Source: a virus. From it: a stretch of DNA of 64,000 bases. Below the pieces are notes generated by a model. That model was not told the DNA's origin. It searched no databases and saw nothing but the letters and a program-made list of their open reading frames with translations. The stretch is taken from the IMG/VR virus record IMGVR_UViG_3300032116_000032, positions 32,001-96,000 of that record; one strand, written 5' to 3'. How positions within the stretch are numbered: position 1 is the first letter of the stretch; each line of letters starts with the position of its first letter. The translations under genes were made by a program, and so were the position numbers. Shown here piece after piece: positions 8,328-19,700 of the stretch.

Positions 8328-11300
8328 ATGGCTGAGAGTTTTTTATCTTTTGGTAACTCAGAATTGTTTAGAAAACAGTTATTAGTTAGAAATTTACAAC
8401 CCTATGGAGTACCAGGTGCTTATACATCACCTGGTAACCCTGTAAATTATGAAACAAATTTAACAGTTTCTAATGTGGTAGATTCGCCTAATAATTACGT
8501 TTCAACAAATATATTTGCTTCTGACCTTTATCCTTTAAATGAATATGGACCTGAAGGTGGTTTTGGAAACCCAATTGGTGTTAATCTTACACCGGTTTTA
8601 GAACCAAATCAAGGACCATACTACCCAATTAATGGAGAACAAAGTCAAGGATTGGTACTTGTAAATGAATTCTTTATAGAATCCGCATACGTAACTAACA
8701 GATGGGGACCATCAGGAGGATATAAAGATTTAGTCATTATAACAGATGTTCAACAATCAGGACTTATATACCAACCATATTGGTACCCTGGTTATTATAG
8801 TTATTCTAGTTACTCAACATACGGAATAGTTTTTTCGGACGATCCGTTGGGGTCAAATGGACCTTTATCTGCCGATAGTTATTTGGCAAAAATTGGTGCA
8901 GAACAATTAAAGTTTGCCTTCAATGAAAGAATTGCACAAGAATTAGAACAGGCAACAATTGGTGCTATTAACTTAGATACAATATCTGATCCTTTCTCTG
9001 CGAGTTTATTAGCAACAGGACAACAACCATTCTTTATACGAAATTGGAAAATTACAGTTCCTGAAAATCCCGCTTTGGCTGCGGTATCTTTAGCTAATAG
9101 ATTAACAGGTACTTATTTCCCTGTTTCATTTATCCCTGGTGATTATTTTGATGATGATAATCCTATTAATGGACCACAAAATGCTGCGGCCTTAGGTGTT
9201 GCGAATAATCTAACAGGTGGTTTGTTAGCACCGATATTGAATAAGTATAGAAGTCCATCTGAAGTATTTGTTGCAAATACAGGTAATGGTCAAAGATCTG
9301 CATTATTTTCGGCATTAGATTATAACCTTTATAGACCGGCCTATAATAGAGGTATAGTTGGTGGTCTGATTGCGGGTGCATCGGCAGCAGTAAATAGATT
9401 ATTTGACCAAGACAAAGCTCAATCTTCGGGATATTATGTTGGTAGTGAAAATGCTGAACCATCACAAATTGATGGACCCCCTAATCAATTACCTGTTAAT
9501 CAATTTGGAGTTCAACAACAAACTATAGTTTATGGACCACAAGAGTTAGGTATTTTATATGAAGGTAATGAAAACCAACTTAATTTCGGATTGAAAGGTA
9601 AATCTTATACTGATGGAGGTGGAACATCAGGTCAAATGGTTTGGACTTCACCAAAGTATAAAGGGGATGCTGGTTTCCATGCGACTGTGGGTGGTGGTGC
9701 AGGAAGTTTAGATGACGAGTTTAATCAGATTTCAGGTGATTATTTAAGATATCAATCAATAGATGTTCCTTTCAGACCTGGTTCTATTCTTTATGAGACA
9801 CAAAGATTAGTAGATTCGGCGGATCAAGTACAAGGACAAGCAAGGTTAAAACATGTTGGGACGGCAATCAATCAAGTCTCAAAAGTTTTTAATGATGGTT
9901 ATAAAGAATTAACGAAAGGTTCTAGAGTTTTATCTTATGTTAATCAAGCGGACGGAACTCAAGCAGGATTAGAATATTGTAGAGTGTTCCAAAAAGATAC
10001 TCCATATTACACATATGCTGACTTACAAAAAGTTGACGGTATAACAACTTCAGGTAGAAGATTCGACTATTCAATATTTGATAATACATACAACTTAAAC
10101 ATTGCACCTTTAAGAAATCCGGGCTCAACAAATATTGTTGACGGTAAAGTTAAAAAGTATATGTTCTCAATTGAAAACTTGGCTTGGAGAACTTCAGACA
10201 GACCGGGTTACACTTACGATGATTTACCTGTTTGTGAGAAAGGACCAAATGGAGGAAGAATTATGTGGTTCCCACCATATAATGTTAAGTTTAGTGATGA
10301 CACCAAACCCGATTTTAATGCAACAAGCTTCATAGGCAGACCCGAACCAATTTACACTTATAAGAATACATCCAGAAGTGGACAGATCAGTTGGACCATC
10401 ATTGTGGATAATCCATCCATGATGAACACTATTATTGAAAAACAAATGAAAGGTGCATCAAAAGACAGAATTCAAAGTATAATTGATTCATTCTATGCTG
10501 GTTGTACTAAATATGATATATATGAATTAGGTATTAAATTTAATACTATACCAACAAAAGATTTATACACTTATCAACAAATTTTAAACAACCCAAGACT
10601 AACCACTGAAGAACAAGTAGAAGTTTTACAAAGTATACCTACAAATCAAGAAACTACAAATGCTAATGATGCTTCAGGTGCCGATGGTACTGAAGGAACT
10701 ACAGGTACTGGTAATCAACAAGCCCAAAACATCCAATATGTGGATGCTGATTTAAGTAATTACGTTGGGTATGGTTTTTATTTTGAGAATGATGTTCCTG
10801 GAGGACCTAATGGGACAAAACCTGGAGAAAACAAAGAAGGTGGTACTTCTGCTTACAATTACGATTACTATTATAATCAATATATAGGTTTAGAACCAAC
10901 TTATTTGCAACAAGCACCTCAAACTGTTTATGTTGGTACGGACCAATTTACAAAAGAAGGTATCCCAAACTTCTTCTCAACAGTGGTTACAGGAAACTTT
11001 AACATAATTCAAACCGACTTGATTCAAAAACAATTGAATGAAATTTTAGTTGATAAAAAAGGTAAGGTTGAAATAGAACTCGTTGGGTCGGCATCTGCAC
11101 CACAAAAAGTTTCTTACAACAAAAAATTATCAGAAAGAAGAAATGATTCAGTTAAAAAATGGTTTTTAGCGCAAAAACTTAAAGATGGAAAAACTTTACA
11201 AGAATATCAATCTGCTGGATTTTTTAAGATGACATTAAACGCTAATGGAGAACAACTTGTGATCCCAAAAACCAAAGAAGAAGCCGCAGCCACAACAGGA

Positions 11301-13442
11301 GATACAACCGATATTAGTGTAACAAATGCTCAAGGGGGTAATGTTCTAAATGCTAGTGTTAACTGTACTAAAAATATAACGTTAGTTGCGACAGAGAACC
11401 CAACTTCAGGAGATATTCAAGAATCAAGTAAAGCTCAATGGTATAGTATTCCTGCAATGGCTTGTCGTAGAGTTGCGATCCAAAGGATTAAAGCGGAAAT
11501 TCCAAAAGATGAAACTCCGCAACCAAGTCCTGTACCGCCAAAACCGGTACCAACACCTGTCCCGAACATTCTTACAGGTCAGACTCAAAGTATTAAACCT
11601 GAACCTAAAATTACTATTGAACAAAAAATTAAAGAAGGTATTTCTAAAAAAATATTAAGAAATCTTTTTACTGAGTGTGATTATTTCCAAATCATAAAAG
11701 AAAGTGATCCTATGATATACGATTCTATAAAAGATAGAATTAAATATTTTAGTCCTGCTTTCCACTCGATGACACCTGAAGGTTTAAATGCTCGTTTGAC
11801 TTTCTTACAACAATGTATGAGACCTGGTCAAACAATTCCTGTTATAGGTGCCGACGGTAGACCAAAATATAATGACGCATTAAATACTACATTTGGTGCA
11901 CCACCAATTCTGATTTTAAGATTTGGTGACTTTTATCATACCAAAATAGTGCCGACAAATCTTGGTATTAGTTACGACCCACTTCATTTAGATATAAATC
12001 CTGAAGGGATTGGAGTACAACCAATGTTGGCTAACATATCATTGTCTTTTAATATAATTGGAGGTATGGGTCTTAAAGAACCAGTCCAAGAATTACAAAA
12101 CGCACTTTCTTTCAATTATTATGCTAATACAGAAATTTATGATGAAAGAGCAACCGCAACTGAAGATACGAGTAAGATGGATCAATACGTTGTTCAAAAA
12201 ATAACTTCTGCATTCCCAACTGTAAGTTCACAGGAAGCGGCAAACATAGTTAATAACGTACAACCTAAAAAAGGTGGAAGTACTATGGGTGTAATTGCAA
12301 GTGATACCGATATTGACTATACAACTCTATTAACTTCATTACAAGACGGACTACAAGGATATTTTAAAGCCTATTATGATGCGATTAGTAAAATTAATAC
12401 GGATTATAATTTTGGAGTTTTACAAATTGCATTACAAGATAAATCATATACTGAAGGAGAACTTTCAGAATATACAAATGATAAAGTTAAAACCACACTT
12501 TATGGTAAAAGTAATAATTATCAAGAATATGTTGAGAACTTAATCAAAGAAGTTAAAAAAGACATTGAACAAAATGATGACCCAATTCTTTCTTATTTGA
12601 AGGGAGAAAACCAAATGACAAATAAAATTAAAAGAGAATTAGAAGATAAATTACAAGCGTATGCAACACAAAGACAACAACCAATTTTAGATGTTATAAC
12701 AAACAACACATCAAACATAACAAAAGTTGAAACTGATTTAAATTATTTGTTTAGACAATTAGATGTTGTATCTGATAAATTAGATGGTTATTTAGGATCC
12801 AATAACGAACCAATTGGATATGATCTAAGTGGAGATACTTTCTTTGGGCCAGCAACTACAGATGGAACATTAGCTAATTTATATACCAAAAAAGTACCTG
12901 AAACGATAACCAAGTTTGAAAAACTTTTGGAAAGTTATAAAATAATATCGAAAGATGGATTCTTTAAAAAGAGAACATCAACTATTGAAAATGGGAGTGG
13001 TTGTAAATTTGTGGTAAATAATCAAGGATATTTTGGTTTGAATGGTGATTGTCCTTGGAATAGATTTTATATCGCAATGTCCCCTTTATTTACTAAAGAA
13101 CAATCATATACTGAATTTGTAAATGATTTGGTAAGTGGACCTGAAATAAAAAATAACCCAACTATTATCGACTTAGTAAAAAGGGCGTGTAACAATGTAA
13201 AAGAAGATTACATTCCATTCCAAGAAATATGGACAAAAGTTTTTACTGATATAGAAAAATCACAAGATTATGTTACAGTTACAACATTTAAATTACCCGA
13301 CGGACAAGTGAAGGTGTGTAACTATAAAACACCAATAACCGACAACACAAATCAAAAAAACAAAAAATTAAAAGACCTGTACTCAAGTGTTAACTTGAAC
13401 GACAATAAAAAGACCTTCAATGGTAAAGTAACATTCAATTAA
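8328..13442 (+). CDS. Large baseplate/tail-tube initiator protein (gp48/gp54-like domains) with an internal OmpA-like domain
   Basis: WFPPYNVKFSDD...FIGRPEPIYTYKNTSRSGQISW and LRFGDFYHTKIV..NLGISY..P...QPMLANISLSFNIIG are tube-initiator-like; VEIELVGSAS...YNKKLSERRNDSVKKW is OmpA-C-like. Confidence 0.65.
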   Translation: MAESFLSFGNSELFRKQLLVRNLQPYGVPGAYTSPGNPVNYETNLTVSNVVDSPNNYVSTNIFASDLYPLNEYGPEGGFGNPIGVNLTPVLEPNQGPYYPINGEQSQGLVLVNEFFIESAYVTNRWGPSGGYKDLVIITDVQQSGLIYQPYWYPGYYSYSSYSTYGIVFSDDPLGSNGPLSADSYLAKIGAEQLKFAFNERIAQELEQATIGAINLDTISDPFSASLLATGQQPFFIRNWKITVPENPALAAVSLANRLTGTYFPVSFIPGDYFDDDNPINGPQNAAALGVANNLTGGLLAPILNKYRSPSEVFVANTGNGQRSALFSALDYNLYRPAYNRGIVGGLIAGASAAVNRLFDQDKAQSSGYYVGSENAEPSQIDGPPNQLPVNQFGVQQQTIVYGPQELGILYEGNENQLNFGLKGKSYTDGGGTSGQMVWTSPKYKGDAGFHATVGGGAGSLDDEFNQISGDYLRYQSIDVPFRPGSILYETQRLVDSADQVQGQARLKHVGTAINQVSKVFNDGYKELTKGSRVLSYVNQADGTQAGLEYCRVFQKDTPYYTYADLQKVDGITTSGRRFDYSIFDNTYNLNIAPLRNPGSTNIVDGKVKKYMFSIENLAWRTSDRPGYTYDDLPVCEKGPNGGRIMWFPPYNVKFSDDTKPDFNATSFIGRPEPIYTYKNTSRSGQISWTIIVDNPSMMNTIIEKQMKGASKDRIQSIIDSFYAGCTKYDIYELGIKFNTIPTKDLYTYQQILNNPRLTTEEQVEVLQSIPTNQETTNANDASGADGTEGTTGTGNQQAQNIQYVDADLSNYVGYGFYFENDVPGGPNGTKPGENKEGGTSAYNYDYYYNQYIGLEPTYLQQAPQTVYVGTDQFTKEGIPNFFSTVVTGNFNIIQTDLIQKQLNEILVDKKGKVEIELVGSASAPQKVSYNKKLSERRNDSVKKWFLAQKLKDGKTLQEYQSAGFFKMTLNANGEQLVIPKTKEEAAATTGDTTDISVTNAQGGNVLNASVNCTKNITLVATENPTSGDIQESSKAQWYSIPAMACRRVAIQRIKAEIPKDETPQPSPVPPKPVPTPVPNILTGQTQSIKPEPKITIEQKIKEGISKKILRNLFTECDYFQIIKESDPMIYDSIKDRIKYFSPAFHSMTPEGLNARLTFLQQCMRPGQTIPVIGADGRPKYNDALNTTFGAPPILILRFGDFYHTKIVPTNLGISYDPLHLDINPEGIGVQPMLANISLSFNIIGGMGLKEPVQELQNALSFNYYANTEIYDERATATEDTSKMDQYVVQKITSAFPTVSSQEAANIVNNVQPKKGGSTMGVIASDTDIDYTTLLTSLQDGLQGYFKAYYDAISKINTDYNFGVLQIALQDKSYTEGELSEYTNDKVKTTLYGKSNNYQEYVENLIKEVKKDIEQNDDPILSYLKGENQMTNKIKRELEDKLQAYATQRQQPILDVITNNTSNITKVETDLNYLFRQLDVVSDKLDGYLGSNNEPIGYDLSGDTFFGPATTDGTLANLYTKKVPETITKFEKLLESYKIISKDGFFKKRTSTIENGSGCKFVVNNQGYFGLNGDCPWNRFYIAMSPLFTKEQSYTEFVNDLVSGPEIKNNPTIIDLVKRACNNVKEDYIPFQEIWTKVFTDIEKSQDYVTVTTFKLPDGQVKVCNYKTPITDNTNQKNKKLKDLYSSVNLNDNKKTFNGKVTFN

Positions 13443-13443
13443 A

Positions 13444-13767
13444 ATGCCTTTTCAATATTGGAATAGATATACGAATTTTTTAATCAACGGAGAACAAACT
13501 GTTGTCCCCTTTGTACCAGTACCAGCAAAAACCTCAGATAAAAATTATATTTTTATAATTGGTCAATCAAGATTGGATAAAGCATCACAACAATTTTATG
13601 GATCACCCTACTTTGGATGGTTAATAATGGCGGCGAATCCCCAATATTCAGGAAATGAGTACTCAATACCTGATGGTGCTGTATTGACAATTCCATTTCC
13701 GTTAGTAGCTTCTTTACAAGACTATAAAAACGCATTAGAAAATTACTTCTTCTACTATGGCAGATAA
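13444..13767 (+). CDS. LysM-like baseplate wedge protein (T4 gp53 / P2 gpX-like)
   Basis: SRLDKASQQFYGSPYFGWLIMAANP...IPDGAVLTIP pattern and position. Confidence 0.8.
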   Translation: MPFQYWNRYTNFLINGEQTVVPFVPVPAKTSDKNYIFIIGQSRLDKASQQFYGSPYFGWLIMAANPQYSGNEYSIPDGAVLTIPFPLVASLQDYKNALENYFFYYGR

Positions 13768-16700
13768 CGGCGAAAATATATTAGTAGAATTTGACTACGA
13801 TAATATTACTTTAATTGACCCAAATAAATTAATTGACGAACAAGGTAATGTTAAGGACCGACTTGTAAAACAAGAGGACTTAGTTTTCTATGCAAATTTG
13901 GAATGTAATGTTTTACCAAGAACAAAATTAGCGGTAGGGTCTGCGATGAACGATCAACAAAGAACAATCTCTGTTGGTAAGATTAATTTTTTAAATCCTG
14001 GTCATAAAACATTTTTGGATACTGCTTGGTCAGATGAACTAACAGGTAAGGGTACTTTGGAAGGTAAAGGTGTTAACCAACCTAAATTAACCGCAGTTAA
14101 AAACCCAAACAAATCCGACGATTTTTATATAACTCAAAACCTTTGGTCAAATGGAACACCTGGCGCAGTTGATAATGGATTTTTAGGTATTAAAAGTATT
14201 AGATTTTCAATAGGTACAGATTTCTTACCTGTGATTGATATTGAATTAGAGGACGTTAAGGGTAGAGCTTTATTCGAAGGGGGTAATAGTTCACCATACT
14301 CAGCATTTTTTCAGTTACCATATCCACAGTTTACACTAACAATGAAGGGTTATTATGGAAAGGCGGTTAAGTTCCCTATTATGTTACAATCATTCAGTTC
14401 CAAATTCAATCCATCTTCCCATAATTTTGAAATATCATTAAAGTTCTACGGATACAAGTATACTCTATTATCTTACGTGAATTATGGATCACTGATGGCG
14501 GTTCCACACATGTATAATAACGTTGTTAATCAGGCTACCGTATCAAAGACGCAAGGAAGTAACACAAATGAACAATCTGCACAAACACCAACAATTGTTA
14601 GTAGAGGTTATCAAAAAATGAAAGAAATTTATTCTGATTATAAATCAAAAGGATTAATTCCTGATGATTTTCCAGAAATAACTTTGAACCAACTTAATTT
14701 TAGATTACAAAAATTTATTGACGATGTATTAAGTGAGTTTGCAAAAGAAAATCTTGGTGTTCTAACCGAGATGACAAATTATACAAACGCATTAACTTTG
14801 TACCAACAAAAAGTTTATTTGTATGGGTCTTCATGGTTCAATAATTATATGAATGTAAAATCACCCATAGTTTTAAAAAATGGGCAAAATATATATGACT
14901 TCAAACCTGACTTGGACGCTCAAAAACAAGAAACCGCTTTAACGGAACTTGATGGTATTATTAAAGACAATAATGCAAAATTAAACGAAAATAGTATTTT
15001 TGGAACAAACGGATCGTATACTGTTGGAAACAAAACAGTTCAGTCTAAAATATCTGTCCCAATAGAAATGAAGACATTTGCGAAAGGTGAGTTAATAACT
15101 AATGTAGATTTAGAAAAAACTTTCAGAGCATCACCAAACGCACCTAAAGGAACATTGTCACCTTTAAATACACCACAGACCGGATTGACCGCTACAGATT
15201 TGGCATTTGCAACATTTAAAACCAACTTGGAAACTAAATTTAAAGAAACGAATGGACAATTTTTTATTTTTGACGGACCCAATACCTTTATGAGTATTAC
15301 AGATACGGCTGGTAAATCTGCACAAAAGTTTAGAACTCAAATTGAACAACAAATTACAGAAAGTTTAGCATCTAAATTTAATAGTCAGGGTGAAAATAGT
15401 TTAGGATTTATTCCATCCATAAGAAACATATTGGCAATTTTTTATTGTCAAGGTGAGGCATTTTTAAGATTGTTAGATGAGGTTCATAAAAAAGCTTGGG
15501 ACCAAAGAGAAAACCCATATAGAAGGGCTGCTATTTTTGGAAATCAAACAACGGCCCCAAGTGTTGACATTAAAGACTCGACACAAAATAACGAACCAAT
15601 TTATCCTTGGCCACAAGTGATCCAAGAAACCGTTGGGGACGACAATCAAGAAAAGTTTCAAGTAATTTATCCTGGTGCTCAAAATGTTGCAAACTCATAT
15701 AGAGCTTACGATCCTGAAATATGGCCCGAGGTTGAATTTGTTGAACAATTTATTAAAGGGTACACTCAAAGACAAAACGACGCTGATAAAAGAGGTGCTG
15801 AATTTAATGAAATAGATCTACAACCATCTCGAATCTCTTTGAACGGAATTGATTTTCCTGTTTCAAATGAAGTATTTCAGAATAAAGAAGAGTCTAAATA
15901 CTTCTTTGAGATATATGAAAGACTTCTTTTGAATTCATATTACAGTAGACTAAACAGACAATCAGGTTATAATCTATCTATTTATGAAGCTGAAGCTGAT
16001 GATGAAGCTGTAAACATATTAAAAAGTCTTGGTCAAGATAATCCATTCTTATCTAAAACAATTAAAGAATATCTCTTAGATAGTAATAATTATTTACCAT
16101 TCTTAAGACATATATCAAATCAAGGTCAAGGTGAAAGTTGGCAATCATACATAAGAGGTGAGTTTGTTACTAACTATATCAAAAATGATGTAAGGAACCC
16201 AAATGTGTTATATAATGAGGATATTATTGTTTCTACTAAATCTCAACCTAACGTTTCTTTAAGTAACCCAAAAAATTTAACAAATTTAAATAAATACCTT
16301 GCAGGAACTTCAGTTTCTAATGTGTTTGAGTTTGGTGATACATACCCACTCACTGATTTAGATTGGGATAAAAAGAATTTGGCCGATGGTAAATCATTAA
16401 ACAATGCAAACGAAGCATTTGATACAAAAGATGTTTTAAACTACAACCCTATACAATTAACAATAACTAATTTCTTAGATAATACAAACGAAAATCAAAG
16501 GAGACCTTTTACACACTTCAATTTTGTAGACCTAAATGTAACCCCTAATCTTTTAATTCTTAAAAATTTTTATAAAGACAGAGAATACAAAGACCAACTA
16601 GTCACTGAAGGTAATATATCATACTCCAATTATTCAGGAAATGTGTTTTCTGAACAGACAACATCTATGTTGAATACACCTTACTTTATAAACGCAATAC

Positions 16701-19700
16701 AACAAGGGGTTTTTAATTTTAGATACAAACAAAACGATCCATACCCATACAAAAGTGCCGCGTATTTGTTTTTGAATAGTTTACCATTAGGGACACTAAG
16801 AGAAAAATATAAAACTTTCGATGGTCAAGCCACAACTGATTTGAACTACATTTTAGCAACAATGAAAAAATTTGGGGCGGTTCATAAATTACCGTATGCT
16901 TGGATTTTAAAATACGGTTCTATTTGGCATAGATATAAAATCTACGACAAAACAGGAAAAGACTTTTTAGATGACGTATGGAAAAACTTTAACTACTTAG
17001 AAAATTGGGATCCAGGATTTTCTTCATCAACAAAGACATACTCATTGTTGATTGATGGTGATCAAAAAAATCTTGTATTACAAAATACTACAGGAACACC
17101 TCCATTCACAGATATGACAACAGGGTTCTACCCCCAACTAATTGATGACTTTAATGTGTTCTTACAAGGATTAAAATTATTTAGTGGTAAAACACAAGTT
17201 TCTGGTAACTGTGAGGTTAAATCAATTAGTGGTAATTGTAAAACTTTCCAAGTCACGGGAACTTGTTCAAATAACGGTACAGGAATAACAATAAATTCAA
17301 TCACAAACAATTATATTTCTTTACCTCACAAAATTTATATTCCTTCATTGAATATTAATTTACAATTAATAACGCAAGTCACTGGTACTACAGGAGGTAC
17401 TGGATTTTATAATACATCATCAAACTTAAACGCAACATTTAATAATTTACCTTTTGTTTTAGGGACGTTTGCAAATATCACAAATCCAACATCTACTCAA
17501 ATACAAAATGGACAAATTTTAGGAGGATCACCCAATATATCTGGTATAACAATATTAAATGTAATTTCAGCGTCAACAACCACAACCTCAACTTCAGGAG
17601 TGACTAATACTCAAGCTTTACCACCACCACCAACAAAAAGTGGCAACGCAACGGAAGTCACAACATTACTAATTTCAAACGTTACATACACAGTCACTAT
17701 CTATGTTTTTGGACCACAAAAATATGCAGTACTAAGAGATCAAAATCAAGTCGTACTTCAAATAGGACAAAACGCTTCAAATGCTAGCGTCACAAACCAA
17801 CAACTAAGAGAAGAAATTGTCTACAGTTATTTTAACTCTTTAGTTACTAACCCAAACAATCCACAATTCATTCAAAGTGTACAAAGTGTTCAAGGGGCAA
17901 CACCGGCAATTACTTCTTCAGTTGTTACTAGTTTATGTGAAGTATCTTCTGCAAGTTCACAAACATTTAACTATACAGTTTTGAACCCACCAATCCAAAT
18001 TTTGGATGTGTTGAGTAATGTGTTAAATAATGGAACAATCATAAATGGATTAAATTTAAATGGGAATGTAGTTTTAACATCACAAATTTCAGGGACAACT
18101 GGAGGTGTTGGTTTATATAATACAACAACAATACAATCGGCAACAACCTCACCATTTGTAGTTCAAAATCAATATGTACAAGGTATTGCATCATCATCAA
18201 TACAACCATTATTAGACAATAAAAAACTAATAATGTTTAATACCACTAACTCTACCATATTTGGAGCGCCAGGTTTTGACCCAAATAATTCAACAAGAAG
18301 TATGAGGATATCTCCTTACTCTGTCATCGTTAGAAGTACAGATGAAACAGGTTATTACGTTCTACCTTCGTTCGGGTCAAATATAAATCAAGCGAGAGAA
18401 GAATCTTTCAAAAACGGATCAATGAAGATAGAATTATATAACAATCCTTCTATGTTCAATGGAACCGTAAGATTATTTTGGAATGCACCACAATACGGAT
18501 GGTTCAACAATGACCAAGTCAAAAAAAATAATCCCTTAACTTATTTAAAAGAAATTTTAAACGAACAAAAAGAACAGCAAAACTTTTTGATATCAGGAGA
18601 AATTACCGATTACACAAGTTTTGAAGAATTATTTACTACGTTTAATACTCAAACTTTAGATCTATTTGAATCTGAGTTTTTAAATTTTAGTAGATCATTA
18701 TATGATTATGTCGACACATTACCTGAGACTACAAAAGCTGAGGTTTCCGTTGGTACAAGTAATCAAGTTAAAAATCCTGATGGTAGTGTGGTTCAACTCC
18801 AAAACCCTGATGGAAGTGTTGGTTCACTATCCCAAAAAACATTTAAGAATTTTCATTTCTTGATGAGAGAACTAATGAAAATACAGACACCAACAGGAAC
18901 TTCACCTGAAACAAAACTTAGTGAAATAATCACAAGTCAAAACACTCAGTTCCAACAAGTTTTGTCATCTTTTGTGAACTATGATGTAGCGTTTAAGTTT
19001 GGAAACCCGACTCAATTTGATAGAAGATTGTATTTAACTTTCTCAACAAGGTTTTTAGAGAACCCAATTATTTATGGGCCATATGAACAAGGAACACTAC
19101 CACCACAAGTTACTGTTGCTCAATCACAACAACAGAGTCCTGAAACTTGGAAAAAGTTATTATACTATGTTGGTGAATCATCAATACCTAAATTACAATA
19201 TAAAAATAACGGGTCATATATTACTGACTTCTTTATTGATTTAAATGTACAATTTAATGAAAAAAATGTTGAAGACTTTGCACCACTCATTAAAGTTTAT
19301 GCTAGTGAAAAATTAAAAAAGAATAACTTGAATTTAGCGTCATTTTATTCTTTGATGGACAACTACATAATTGCATCTGATAATTACATAGGTAATGTTA
19401 TTAATGTAATGTTACCTCAAGTAAGAAAAGAATTACCAACAGTCTTAATTAATCAAGAGTTGACTGAAAATAGGGCTAATTTGGAGGCAGGTTTTACTGA
19501 ACAAACAAGAACTGAATTATGGGAAACATTCAAAGCATTAAATGATAGTTGGATTGCAGGATTTGATTTTCAAAACAAAACATTATTTGAAGATGTTCTT
19601 TTGGTTGATAGGGCAAGTAGAAATGTAGGTGACAAGATTATCGTAGATATTTTTGAAATTCAAGAATTAATCAAAGACGGAAGTTATAAAAATACATTGT

